A model generated the notes under the pieces. It was not told where the DNA came from, did not search any database, and saw only the letters and a list, made by a program, of their open reading frames with translations. DNA of 64,000 bases from Eledone cirrhosa. Taxonomy: Eukaryota. A program made the position numbers and the translations under genes. The stretch lies in NCBI GenBank assembly GCA_964016885.1, contig OZ024756.1, positions 44,144,001 through 44,208,000 on the forward strand, given 5' to 3'. Of the stretch, positions 15,410 through 28,721 are shown in pieces (positions within the stretch are counted from its first letter, which is position 1; every line of letters begins with the position of its first letter).

Positions 15410-15600
15410 AAGGCGGTGGGTTGGCAGTATCGGTAGAGGGTCGGACGCCATGCTTTCCAGCATAGTTACGTCCCTTTACGATCTGAGTTCAAATCCCACC
15501 GAGGTTGACTTTGCCTTTCATCCTTACGGGGTCGATAAAATAAAGTACCAGTAATGCACTGGGTAATTGCTGGCCTTGTGCCTAAAGTAGAAACAATTAT
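15410..15600 (+). mobile_element. Full-length tRNA-derived SINE (Nin-domain-like core)
   Basis: Box A-like TGGCAGTATCGG, box B GAGTTCAAATCC, conserved GGGGTCGATAAAATAAAGTACCAG core; about 15 copies in the window. Confidence 0.85.
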
Positions 15601-16279
15601 TATATATATCATATTGATATTATTACATATACCATATTGATTTTATTATATATATCATATTGATATTATTACATATATCATAAAGTACCAGTAATGCACT
15701 GGGTAATTGCTGGCCTTGTGCTAAAAGTAGAAACAATTATTACATATATCATATTTGTAAATAAGATATTAATATTCATTTTATGTTATAATATTTTAAT
15801 TATATCAATTATATTATCTTTAATATAATATTATATTATAATAGGATATCATATTTAAACATTATTATATTGTATTAAAATATTTACCATACCTAATTAG
15901 AATATTTTTTTAGCATTCTAAAGGTCTGGATACAAAGTTGAATTAACGAATCCTAGGGTTTAATTAGCATGAGACTGTAATTAACCTTGTAAAACTGAAG
16001 TTAAGGTAAGTTACTTATGTTGCTTCCATCTACAACTATTTCCATCAATCTGTCCATCTATCCTTCCATTTCTCCATCTGTCCATCTGTCTATCCACCCA
16101 TTTCTCCATCTGTCCATCTGTCTATCCACCCATTTCTCCATCTGTCCATCTGTCTATTTTTCCATCTAGTTGCCTGCCTCAATATCTATGTAACATATCT
16201 CGCTTTCTCTCTCATTCTCTTCATCTCTCTCCCTCTCTCTCTGACTCTCTATCTCTTTCTTGTTTTAGCTATCTATCAC

Positions 16280-16332
<53 letters not shown>

Positions 16333-16339
<7 letters not shown>

Positions 16340-16771
16340 GGAATGAGGTGATAAAAGCCGACCTTACCCAACTACACCTCTCAAAGTCAATGATACACGA
16401 CCGTGACTTCTGGCGTCACGCAGTAATACAGGGTACCCGACCTCCCATGGGTACATGCTGAAGCATATAAACAATATGCCCCCCCCCCCCACCACCGCAA
16501 GGTGGTCGTGGAGGTGCCACGGCAAAAAAGCACCCAGCCCACACTGTAAAGTGGACGTGTAGGCGCCACGAAAAAGCACCCAGCACTCACTGTAAATGAG
16601 GTTGGTGTTAGGAAGGGCATCCAGCTGTAGAAATCAAGCCAGATCAGTTCCTGTATGAGCAAGGCATGGTCAGCCGACCAGACACTGCCCACAACAGGAC
16701 AACCCGTCTAACCCATGCTAGCGTGGAAGAACGGACGTAAAACGGTGATGATGATGATGATATTATGGAAT
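16333..16771 (+). mobile_element. Young RTE 3' fragment with 12-bp target-site duplication
   Basis: Nearly identical to the reverse complement of 22587-23015; ATATTATGGAAT at 16333-16344 and 16760-16771; (GAT)n tail. Confidence 0.92.
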
Positions 16772-17316
16772 ACTGTTGGCTTCTTGCTACAATACTTTCT
16801 ATACCTTTCATTTATATATATATATATATATATACATACACATACAAGTATTGATCTGACTGTTTAACCAAGCATCCCTCTGTCTGTCTGTTTGCCTGTC
16901 TGTCTGTCTATGTAATTGCAAGAGTATCTGTTGATTTCACAGTCTGACAATGCCTATATATGGGTGTGTGTATATATACACATATATATATATACACACA
17001 CACACTTACACACATATACACATACAGGTATATATATATATATATAATATATATATATACACACACCTATACATCCTCCCACATATGGTCTTTTACCCAC
17101 TCATAATTGACTATTAGCCCCTCATTTTAACTAGCATATCAAGTTACTTCCCCCTAACGGCCGCCGTTTCAAGTTACCTAGAGGGCGACACATTGATTTT
17201 TATTGCTAGCTTTTGTTTTATTATCAATCAAATGTTTTTTCTATTAACCCTTCAGTGACCGCGTTTCTAACAATATATTCCCTTTCTAGTTTAATTAGGG
17301 AGTTAAATCCTTAATC

Positions 17317-17615
17317 TAAGATGTCACATATTGTGACCTGCTCCTGGCGTCCAGTATTGTCTCTTCGGCCACTGATGGTCCCAATACAGAAGAGAAGAAG
17401 ATAACCAAATACCGAGGCTTGACCAACCACATGTGGTTTACAGCAGTCACTGTTGAGACCTCAGTTGGTGTCCTCAGTCCCTGAACTACCCTTTTCCCCC
17501 TCCATAATATGGGAAAGGTAACAGTCCACCTGAAGAAGGTACTCCATGATATGGAATGGGTGTCACTGGTCATTCTTCACGGCAATGTCTTTACTATTTT
17601 GTCCTCAGTGGACAG
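17317..17615 (+). mobile_element. Decayed CRE-clade non-LTR retrotransposon, restriction-like endonuclease fragment
   Basis: Plus frames give *DVTYCDLLLASS...EEKKITKYRGL...FTAVTVETSVG...VSLVILHGNVFTIL, matching the WDxT...AE..K..KY..L...F.P.AVET.G...LS.A.QRGNA pattern. Confidence 0.7.
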
Positions 17616-17639
17616 TGGAAATATATCACACGTGGTATA

Positions 17640-18497
17640 AGGGGAGTAGACAGGGTGGGACCACACAGATCAGGGTGTAGTAGACCGGGTGGGACCACAC
17701 AGATCAGGGTGTAGTAGACAGGGTGGGACCACACAGATCAGGGTGTAGTAGACAGGGTGGGACCACACAGATCGGGGTGTAGTAGACCGGGTGGGACCAC
17801 ACAGATCAGGGTGTAGTAGACAGGGTGGGACCACACAGATCGGGTTGTAGTAGACAGGGTGGGACCACACAGATCGGGTTGTAGTAGACCGGGTGGGACC
17901 ACACAGATCAGGGTGTAGTAGACAGGGTGGGACCACACAGATCGGGTTGTAGTAGACCGGGTGGGACCACACAGATCAGGGTGTAGTAGACAGGGTGGGA
18001 CCACACAGATCAGGGTGTAGTAGACAGGGTGGGACCACACAGATCAGGGTGTAGTAGACAGGGTGGGACCACACAGATCGGGTTGTAGTAGACAGGGTGG
18101 GACCACACAGATCGGGGTGTAGTAGACCGGGTGGGACCACACAGATCAGGGTGTAGTAGACAGGGTGGGACCACACAGATCGGGTTGTAGTAGACAGGGT
18201 GGGACCACACAGATCGGGTTGTAGTAGACCGGGTGGGACCACACAGATCAGGGTGTAGTAGACAGGGTGGGACCACACAGATCGGGTTGTAGTAGACAGG
18301 GTGGGACCACACAGATCGGGTTGTAGTAGACCGGGTGGGACCACACAGATCAGGGTGTAGTAGACAGGGTGGGACCACACAGATCGGGTTGTAGTAAACA
18401 GGGTGGGACCACACAGATCGGGTTGTAGTAGACAGGGTGGGACCACACAGATCAGGGTGTAGTAGACAGGGTGGGACCACACAGATCAGGGTGTAGA
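17640..18497. repeat. 34-bp minisatellite GGGTGTAGTAGACAGGGTGGGACCACACAGATCA
   Basis: About 25 near-identical units. Confidence 0.97.
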
Positions 18498-18564
18498 GGG
18501 AATAGACAGGGCAGGATAAATTATTCCACTGAAAGTTTTAAAGTATATTGAATTGCTGCCAAAA

Positions 18565-19230
18565 ATGGTAATGATGATGATGGTGATGGTGGTGGTGGTG
18601 GTGGTAGTGATGGTGGTGATGGTGGTGATGGTAGTGGTGGTGGTGATGGTGGTGATAGTGGTGATGGTAGTGATGGTAGTGATGGTGGTGACGGTGGTGA
18701 CGGTGGTGATGGTGGTGACGGTGGTGACGGTGGTGGTGGTGGTGACGGTGGTGACGGTGGTGGTGGTGGTGGTGGTGATGGTGGTGGTGGTGATGGTGGT
18801 GGTGGTGGTGGTGGTGATGGTGGTGATGGGGGGGGGGGGATGGGGGGTGGGGGGGGGTGGTAGTGATGGTGGTGGTGATTGTGGTGACGGTGGTGGTGGT
18901 GGTGGTGGTGATGGTGGTGGTGGTGGTGGTGGTGATGGTGGTGGTGGTGGTGGTGATGGTAGTGATGGTGGTGGTGATGGTGGTGACGGTGGTGATGGTG
19001 GTGGTGATGGTGGTGGTGATGGTGGTGGTGGTGGTGGTGATGGTGAGGTGTGTGTGGGGGGGGGGTGATGGTAGTGATGGTAGTGATGGTGGTGGTGATG
19101 GTGGTGATGGTAGTGATGGTGGTGGTGGTGGTGATGGTAGTGATGGTGGTGGTGGTGGTGATGGTGGTGATGGTAGTGATGGTGGTGGTGGTGGTGGTGG
19201 TGATGGTGGTGATGGTGGTGATAGTAGTGA
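18565..19230. repeat. (GGT/GAT)n trinucleotide tract
   Basis: Direct reading; explains the poly-His/Pro/Val ORFs. Confidence 0.95.
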
Positions 19231-19870
19231 TCAAAGTTCTGGTATGCCTGTAACAACAGAGTACAATTAAAATCGACCCCCCCCCCACCACTACCCCCCC
19301 CCCCTCTGTCCAATAGTCCAACACATGTTCTACAATGTCACAATAAAACCAAACATTTTGTCAACACAACAATTGCATTAACGTCTCAAACAATAATAAT
19401 AATAATGGTGGTGATTTCTGATTTAGACAGAAGATCAATAATTTTTTTTTTTTTTGGGGGGGGGGGGGTCGATTAAATCCCCCCCACCTCGGTCGGTCTG
19501 TTAAAAACATTCCTTGTCATGTCTTCAACATTATAGACTTGTTGTTAGATTTGTTGTAGTTGTTGCTGTTATTGATGTTATTCTTGTTAATGTTGCTGTT
19601 GTTGTTTTGCTATCGTTTATTTCTTCTTTTCCTCCTCTTCTTCTCAATCATGGCTCTCATCATATTTATATGACAGGCTTCTGTATAGTCTTCATCTACC
19701 AAGTCATTGTTTAGTCCAAGTCTATAGTAGAAGACATTTGCTCAAGATGGCAGACAGTGGAAGTGATCCAGAAATACCAGAGTTTCGAGGCCACGGCTGA
19801 ACCACGTTTATAGGTGTTTGTGTCTTGGTCGGTGTGTGTGTGTGTCTTTGTCTGTGTGTGTGTGTGTCTT

Positions 19871-19910
<40 letters not shown>

Positions 19911-20754
19911 TTGGTCGGTTGTGTGTCTGTGTGCGTCTTGGTCTGTGTGTGTGTGTGCGTCTTTGTGTGTGTGTCTTGGTCTGTGTGTGTGCGTCTTTGT
20001 GTGTGTGTGTGTGTGTCTTTGTCTGTGTGTGTGTGCGTACAAATATAATGAACCAACAATCATTATTACCACCTAGGTTAACTTTGCCTTTCATCCTTAC
20101 GAGGTCGATAAAATAAAGTACCAGTAATGCACTGGGTTATTGCTGGCCTTGTGCCAAAAGTAGAAACAATTATTAGTATATATACATACAAGCACATATA
20201 TATATATATACATTATGGAATACTGTTGGCTTCTTACTACAATAATGTCTATACTTTTCAGTTATATATATATGTGTACATATATATATATATATATATA
20301 CATGCACACATGTATGTGTGTGTTTGTGTGTGTGCATATAAGTGTGCCTGTATGCACACTCACACATCCACAGAGTCATACAAACACACACACACAGACA
20401 TTAAGCCAGTAGCAATATTCACATATGTGTCATTGCAGTTGTTTCAGTGACACAACAAATGCTTCACCGCTTCACCCTCCCACAATGCAATTCGTTGCTG
20501 CACTGTTGCGCCGCACACTGCTGCATATATAGCTAGAAGACTTTTCTTTCAATGCATTCATTGATCTAAAATTTTAGTTTGCTCACTGTATTGATTATGT
20601 TATCCATTCTAAATATTGCAGGATATATTGTGGTCTGGTTGGGATGTCTTCTATATTGTTATGTCATCCTCTTTCAATCATCAATACGGTGCTTACCATT
20701 TATATTATTACTACTGAGGTGGTGAGGGGGTGAGGGTGAATTAGGGGGTGGGGC

Positions 20755-21350
20755 TTGGGGTTGATAAAATATAGTACCAGTAATCCACTGGGGTTGATTT
20801 AATTGACTTTCCCCTCCTCCTTTACGGGTTCGATAAAATAAAGTACCAGTAATGCATTGGTGTCGATTTAATCGACTTTCCCCTCTCCCAAAATTGTTGG
20901 CCTGTGTCTAAATCAGAACTATTATTACTATCGAGATGAGAGCAGTGAACTGGCTGTATCGATGGAGCGTCAGACAACAGGATTTGTGGCATAAAGTTAT
21001 GGCCATTTGCATTCTGAGATTAAATCCTGTCGAGGTTAGCTTTGCATTTCATCCTTCCAGGGTCTATAAAATAAAGTACCAGTAACACCCTGGGGTTGAT
21101 TTAATCGACTTTCCCCTCCCCTGAAATTGTTGACTTTGTGCCTAAATCCAAAACCATTATTGAATATGGAAGAGAATTGGCAGAATCTGTAGAGCGTCAA
21201 ACAACATACTTTGTGGTATATAGTTAAAATCTCATTTCATTCTTATGAGGTTCATGAAATAAAGTACCAGTAATACACTGGGGTAAATTTAATCAACTTT
21301 CCCCTCCTTTCAAATTGCTGGCCTCGTGCCAAATGTAGAAGCAATTATGA
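20755..21350 (+). mobile_element. Cluster of tandem SINE copies
   Basis: Four occurrences of the GATAAAATAAAGTACCAGTAA core with heads and tails matching 15410-15600. Confidence 0.8.
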
Positions 21351-21359
21351 ATGTTTCCG

Positions 21360-21945
21360 TCTAACTCTGTTATCTTCATTAATGACACTTCGTTGTAATC
21401 TTGCTAGAATGAGAAGCTGGATCTATGTACTTTGATAGAAATGGCTGCTTCTTTTCAGCTTGACCTGTGTTTAGTGATTGATTGAACTGTTCAGCAGCTG
21501 GATACTTTCAACACCATAGAAATTAAGCTTCTTTTCCATTAATCAATACAAGAACTCTGTTAATATGCTTATTCCTAGTCCAATACTGTTCATCATGAGT
21601 TTTCTAGTCTTGGTTTTTGTGGTTGATGTTGTTGTTCTCTACCTGGAATTATTATGTAAAATATTTTATCAAACCAGCTTGATTCCTTATATGGAGCTCA
21701 TTGTTATCATTCTTTAAAATGTATTCTTCATGTTTCTAAGTCATTTATCCACTCTTATATGTAATACTGTGGTCATATCTGGATAGTGACCTGTGCTGCT
21801 AATCTTTTTCTCCTTCACCAAATTCAACAGAGACTTTCGAACATGGTTCTGATCTTGGCAGCTAAAATCCAGTCTCTTTTGTCTAGCTGGGACATTACTA
21901 CTTTATCTCTGTATCCTATGAATATCTCCAGGCAGTAAATTGTTA
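21360..21945 (-). mobile_element. Highly decayed R4/Dong-like RT fragment
   Basis: Minus-strand peptides such as KTRKLMM resemble the post-RT DRKTRKIM motif; many stops. Confidence 0.35.
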
Positions 21946-22387
21946 AAATGTTCTTTAGAATACTTTGTCGTATTCGTTTCAACTCTCTGAGTTCAAATCC
22001 CACCGAGGTCAACTTTGCCTTTCATCCATACAAGGTTGATAAAAAAAAAAGTACCAGTTTAGTACTGGGGTCAATTCTTCCTCTATCTCTTTATCAATTC
22101 CATTCTCTAATGATGATGACGATGTTGATGATTACAACGGTGATGATGATGGTATTGATGATGACGATGTTGATGATGACGATGTTGATGATTACAATGA
22201 TGATGATGATGCATTATTTTATTGCTAACAAATTGGACATAATTTTGTCAATATGAGAAGATAAATATGGTTGCCATGGTTTTATTAATTTGAGCCATGT
22301 GTGGCAAATATAGAAATCATTATTGAAATATATATATAGATATACTTTAATATATATATACTTTAATATATATATATATATATATAC

Positions 22388-22427
<40 letters not shown>

Positions 22428-22459
22428 TTTAATATATATATATATATATATATATTAAA

Positions 22460-22571
<112 letters not shown>

Positions 22572-22586
22572 TTTAATATATATATA

Positions 22587-25500
22587 TCATCATCATCATC
22601 ATCACCGTTTTACGTCCGTTCTTCCACGCTAGCATGGGTTAGACGGGTTGTCCCGTTGTGGGCAGTGTCCGGTCGGCTGACCATGCCTTGCTCATACAGG
22701 AACTGATCTGGCTTGATTTCTACAGCTGGATGCCCTTCCTAACACCAACCTCATTTACAGTGAGTGCTGGGTGCTTTTTCGTGGCGCCTACACGTCCACT
22801 TTACAGTGTGGGCTGGGTGCTTTTTTGCCGTGGCACCTCCACGACCACCTTGCGGTGGGGGGGGGGGGGGGGGGGCATATTGTTTATATGCTTCAGCATG
22901 TACCCATGGGAGGTCGGGTACCCTGTATTACTGCGTGACGCCAGAAGTCACGGTCGTGTGTCATTGACTTTGAGAGGTGTAGTTGGGTAAGGTCGGCTTT
23001 TATCACCTCATCCCAAGTCATCTTGGGTCTCCCCACTCCGCGGTTTCCATCAACTTCTAGTGCTCTGCACCTTTTTATGCAGCTGTCATCCTTCATACGC
23101 ATCACATGTCCATACCAGCGTAACCGCCTCTCCTGCACGCAGCATTTGATTCCTCTTATGCTCAGTCTCTCTCTCAATTCATTTATGCTTTGTCGTTCAC
23201 GTATATTACTGTTACACATCCATCGGAGCATGCAGGCTTCGTTTCTCTCTAATCTACGTAAGTCTTCCACCTTCAGCGCCCAGGTCTCACTACCATGCAA
23301 CATCGCTGTTCGGATACACGCATCATACAGTCTGCCTTTCATTCTGAGGGAGAAGCCTTTTGCAGCTAGCAGTGGTAGTAGTTCCCTAAACTTCTTCCAT
23401 CCCGTTCTTACCCTAGTTATTGTACTTTCTGAGCACCCACCTCCGTTGCTAATTCGGTCACCTAGGTAGCAGAAGCTGTCTACTGTTTCTACAGGGCCCT
23501 CCCAGAGATTGGTGGTACTTGTTTCCTGTGGCTGTTTGCTTGCTGTTTCAGCACAGCTGCTGCATGTGAATCCTACATTCTTAATTAAGCTTCCTGAGAT
23601 CCCGCTACATCTCTTGTGTACCCATTGTTTGCATTTGGGGCAAAGAATGGAGTTCCTACCTACACCTTTCCTACATACTGAGCAAGGCCATTTCCCTGAG
23701 GGGATCTGGGTTCTGTTTTCTCGTCTACTTATAAGGACCTTAGTCTTTGTCATGTTGACTTTGAGGCCCTTTCTCTCTAGTCCCTGCTTCCAGGTTTGGA
23801 ATTTATTCTCTAGTTCTACCATAGATTCAGCTATGAGTGCGAGGTCATCAGCATACAGGAGTTCCCATGGGCATCCGGTCTTAAACTCCTCCGTTATTGC
23901 CTGCAGGACTATGATGAACAGGAGAGGGCTAAGAACAGAGCCCTGGTGGACCCCAACCTGTACGCTAAATTCCTCGCTACACTCATTGCCAATCCTAACT
24001 TTGCTGACTGCTCCCCTATACATGGCTTGTACCGCTTTCACAAGCCATTCATCTACTCCTAGTTTTCTAAGAGCCCACCAGATTACTGCACGTGGAACTC
24101 TGTCAAAGGCTTTCTCAAGGTCGACAAATGCCAAGTAGAGTGGCTTACTTTTAGCTAGGTACTTTTCCTGTAATTGCCTCACAAGGAAGAGCGCATCAGT
24201 GGTGCCTTTCCCTGGAACAAACCCAAATTGCATCTCGTCTATATTCACCCGGTCCCTAATCAGCTGTGCTATAACTCTTTCTGTTACTTTCATGACCTGG
24301 TCCATCAACTTTATACCTCTATAGTTTCCTCTATCTAGTGCATCGCCTTTACCTTTGTAGCAGTTGACAATGATGCTACTGCACCAATCTTTTGGTATGG
24401 CCCCCTCTAGTATTACCTGGTTAACGATACGTGTGGTTATAGTGTGACCTACAGACCCAGATGCCTTCAGCATCTCGGCAGCTATACCCGATGGACCGGT
24501 TGCCTTCCCTATCTTCATATCTCTGATTGCCTTACTTACTACGCTGCCGCTGACTTGTACTGCTGGTCCCTCTATAGGGTCTACGTGGGGTAGGGTCTCT
24601 TCTTCCCATGCATTCTCCTCATTTAGTAATCTATCATAATGACTCTTCCATGCATCTTTCTTCTCAGCACTTGTGAGGGCAAGCTCACCTTTATCATTCC
24701 GGATACACTTCTCTCCAATGACATCACAACTATCTCTGACACACTGCCTCGCAATCTTGAATACCTCCTGTTTCTGGTCCTCACGTTGTAAAACATGCTT
24801 GAATTTTCTATCCTCTGCTTCCCTCCTAGCTAAGTATACTTGTCGCCTAGCTTCCCTCTTGGTCTCTATGTAATGTACCCTGCTCCCCCCGTTCTTCCAT
24901 TCTTTCCATGCCTGTCTCTTGGCCTTGACTGCTTCATCTACCTTATTGTTCCACCACCAAGTCACTCTCCTCCTGCTTGAGGTCTTACTCCAGCCACAAA
25001 CCTCATCCGTCGCCTCTAGTAAGTTATTTTTTAGGAACTCCCAGTTCTCTTCTACGTTAAATGTCTCTATCTGTTCTTCTTTACTGTCGTAGGCGTTGAG
25101 TAAAATATCTTTAAATCTGTTACTGGTTGAGGGGACTTTCAGCTTCCAGATCTTTCTTCTCCAGGTTGGCCTCTGTTTCAGGGCTCGTCTAGTTCTGACC
25201 GTGAGGTCGCTGACAACTAAGCTATGTTGGGATGTACATTCCTCACTAGGGAAGGCTTTTGTGTTTACGACCGTCCATCTGTCACGTCCTCTGATGAGGA
25301 TAAAATCTAACTGACTAGAGTGCTCCCCTGATCTATAGGTGATCAGGTGGTTGTCGGGTTTTTTAAAGTTTGTGTTACATATCGACATGTCATTGGCGTC
25401 GCAGAATTCTAGAAGTCTGAATCCTTCCTCATTCCTTGTGCCAACTCCATGGCCTCCATGTACTCTATTGAAGCCGTCGCAGTGTTTACCTACGTGTCCG

Positions 25501-25716
25501 TTAAAATCTCCTGCAATGATTAGGAAGTCCTTGTCGTCTGTTAGAGCAGTAGTGTGTATTAGGGACTCGTAAAACCTATCCTTAAGTTCGTCTGGCAGCC
25601 CCGATTGGGGTGCGTAAGCTGATATTATTGTGGTAATTGTCTTATTCAGGACTAGTCTGAGTTTAATGATTCTTGCATTTACCCTGTACACTGAGATTAC
25701 TTTATCTACCCACTTG

Positions 25717-25718
<2 letters not shown>
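22587..25718 (-). mobile_element. 5'-truncated RTE-clade LINE inserted in a (TA)n/CTTTAA tract
   Basis: Long ORF, about 300-bp 3' UTR and (GAT)n tail; the same compound TA repeat lies on both sides. Confidence 0.97.
22893..25718 (-). CDS. RTE polyprotein: partial AP endonuclease, reverse transcriptase, PHD-like zinc finger
   Basis: AYAPQ, GDFNGHVG, SQLDFIL and SQH (APE); NYRGIKL, QFGF, FVDLEKAFD, GVHQGSVLSP, LLYADD (RT); C4HC3 finger; RRLRWYGHV. Frame stays open to the truncation point at 25718 (DKWVDKVISVYRVN). Confidence 0.97.
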
Positions 25719-25778
<60 letters not shown>

Positions 25779-25830
25779 TTTAATATATATATATATATAT
25801 ATACTTTAATATATATATATATATATATAC

Positions 25831-25897
<67 letters not shown>

Positions 25898-25970
25898 CTT
25901 TAATATATATATATATATATATTAATATATATATACTTTAATATATATATATATATTAATATATATATAC

Positions 25971-26018
<48 letters not shown>

Positions 26019-26150
26019 TTTAATATATATATATATATATATTAATATATATATACTTTAATATATATATATATATTAATATATATATACTTTAATATAT
26101 ATATATATATATATTAATATATATATACTTTAATATATATATATATATAC

Positions 26151-26204
<54 letters not shown>

Positions 26205-26280
26205 TTTAATATATATATATATATATTAATATATATATACTTTAATATATATATATATATATATATTAATATATATATAC

Positions 26281-26320
<40 letters not shown>

Positions 26321-26548
26321 TTTAATATATATATATATATATATTAATATATATATACTTTAATATATATATATATATATATTAATATATATATACTTTA
26401 ATATATATATATATATATATTAATATATATATACTTTAATATATATATATATATATATTAATATATATATACTTTAATATATATATATATATATATTAAT
26501 ATATATATACTTTAATATATATATATATATATATTAATATATATATAC

Positions 26549-26586
<38 letters not shown>

Positions 26587-26722
26587 TTTAATATATATAT
26601 ATATATATATTAATATATATATACTTTAATATATATATATATACTTTAATATATATATATATTTTAATATATATATATATACTTTAATATATATATATAT
26701 ATATATTTTAATATATATATAC

Positions 26723-26761
<39 letters not shown>

Positions 26762-26914
26762 TATATATATACTTTAATATATATATATATATATATTAAT
26801 ATATATATACTTTAATATATATATATATATACATACTTTAATATATATATATATTTTAATATATATATATATACTTTAATATATATATATATATATATTT
26901 TAATATATATATAC

Positions 26915-26959
<45 letters not shown>

Positions 26960-26985
26960 TATATATATATATATATATTAATATA
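25719..26985. repeat. 1.3-kb (TA)n tract punctuated by CTTTAA/TTAA
   Basis: Direct reading; same pattern at 22325-22586 and 28650-28720. Confidence 0.95.
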
Positions 26986-27277
26986 GCGGCGATGAATTAG
27001 TTTTGCGAGGTTTTTTTATATGAAATCGTGTGTCGAAACAGATATTGTTATATTTGGGGAGGGTCATATTTGCGTAATATTGCCAGAATTAATAACAGAA
27101 CACACTCACTGTTTGGTTTGACCGCCGGTCAGTCAATGGCAACATTGAGGACCGAGTAAGTTAGATCACAGATATAAAAGACAGCGAGAAGCGAAAACCA
27201 ACCAAACAGTGAGTGTGTTCTGTTATTAATTCTGGCAATATTACGCAAATATGACCCTCCCCAAATATAACAATATA
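26986..27277. mobile_element. PLE fold-back mini-copy (3' terminus only)
   Basis: About 27042-27119 is the inverse of about 27200-27277; same family as the adjacent larger copy. Confidence 0.85.
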
Positions 27278-27549
27278 TATTAATATATATATACTTTAAT
27301 ATATATATACACTTTAATATATATATATATATATATACTTTTATTGATATACTTGGGGAGGGTCATATTTGTGTAATATTGTCAGAATTAATAACAGAAC
27401 CCACTCACTGTTTGGTTGGTTTTCGCTTTTCGCTTCTGTGTCTTTTATATCGGTAATCTAATTTATTCGGTCCTCAATGTTGCCATTGACTGACCGACGG
27501 TCAAAAATAATACAGATACAATATAGACACAAACACATATATATAGTTT

Positions 27550-27591
27550 ATCATAAATCTTTCGTTGCACATCTGCAACATCGTCAGTGGT
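27550..27591 (-). ncRNA. Hammerhead ribozyme in the inverted PLE arm
   Basis: Exact reverse complement of 28342-28383. Confidence 0.75.
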
Positions 27592-27687
27592 GCTATTGTT
27601 TCCTCCCATTGCATTGTATGTCTACGCCATTTTTATTTAGTCTGTCTATATATTTATTTATTTATTTGCTTGTTTTTTTATTTTATT

Positions 27688-28100
27688 AGTACCCACTGTA
27701 CTAATAGGAAATGTATCATATGTAAGGTAAACCCCCGGATAAACTGTAAAACTAGAAACGTAGTCTATAGCATAAGATGTACAGAGGGTACTTGCAGAAA
27801 CATGACAACAACATACATAGGTGAGACAGCTCGTAGCATAGGTGAAAGGATAGACCAACACTGGGGGGAACTAAAAGGATGAAAAACGGGTCAGTACTAT
27901 ACGAACATGCCAGACAACAACACGACGGTAACATAGACAACATAGAAATTAGAATAATATCTAAACATAGAAATGACCCAGCAGATAGGCAAATCAGAGA
28001 GGCCAGTGAAATAGAACTTAGAAGGCCAAGACTAAACAGAAAGAATGAATGGAATAACAACAACACCCAAACAAACAACACTGACCTAAGAGAAGTATAA
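27688..28100 (+). pseudogene. PLE GIY-YIG endonuclease domain with a 1-bp frameshift near 27875
   Basis: HCTNRKCIICK...CKTRNVVYSIRC...C...YIGETARSIGERIDQH / GSVLYEHARQQH...RQIREASEIELRRPRLNRKNEW: VVY-YIG motifs, catalytic R and E, CCHH pattern typical of PLE endonucleases. Confidence 0.92.
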
Positions 28101-28341
28101 ATAAATAAATAAATAGATAAATAAATAAATAAATAAATACACAAGCACAATAACAACAAACACATATAAACACACACTAGTCACCCAATCACGAACACAC
28201 ATCACACATCAAACAAAACACTATACACATGCGCAAAGAAGACAAAATAAAATAAACAAACAAGGAAATAAATAAATAAATATATAGACAGACTAAATAA
28301 AAATGGCGTAGACATACAATGCAACGGGAGGAAACAATAGC

Positions 28342-28383
28342 ACCACTGACGATGTTGCAGATGTGCAACGAAAGATTTATGAT
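28342..28383 (+). ncRNA. Minimal type I hammerhead ribozyme downstream of the GIY-YIG ORF
   Basis: ACCA-CTGACGA-T-GTTGCA(GATG)TGCAAC-GAA-AGATTT-A-TGAT. Confidence 0.78.
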
Positions 28384-28721
28384 TAACTATATATATGTGT
28401 TTGTGTCTATATTGTATCTGTATTATTTTTGACCGTCGGTCAGTCAATGGTAACATTGAGGACGGAATAAATTAGATTACTGATATAAAAGACACAGAAG
28501 CGAAAAGCGAAAACCAACCAAACAGTGAGTGGGTTCTGTTATTAATTCTGGCAATATTACACAAATATGACCCTCCCCAAGTATAACAATATTTGTTTCG
28601 ACATACGATTTCATATAAAAAACCTCGCAAAACTAATTCATCGCCGTTATATATACTTTAATATATATATATATACTTTAATATATATATATATACTTTA
28701 ATATATATATATACTTTAAGG

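Larger units (their letters stand above)
27342..28648 (+). mobile_element. 5'-truncated Penelope-like element with inverted pseudo-LTR
   Basis: Inverted arm 27342-27685 mirrors about 28245-28590; sense part carries the GIY-YIG ORF end, hammerhead and 3' terminus ...CATCGCCG; (TA)n flanks. Confidence 0.92.

Noticed and set aside
23023-25572. Plus-strand ORFs overlapping the RTE
   Set aside because: Antisense shadows of the RT ORF.
27015-27055. TTATATGA...TCGAAACAGATATTGTTA as a hammerhead
   Set aside because: Core does not fit and it is antisense to the element; the family's ribozyme is at 28342-28383.
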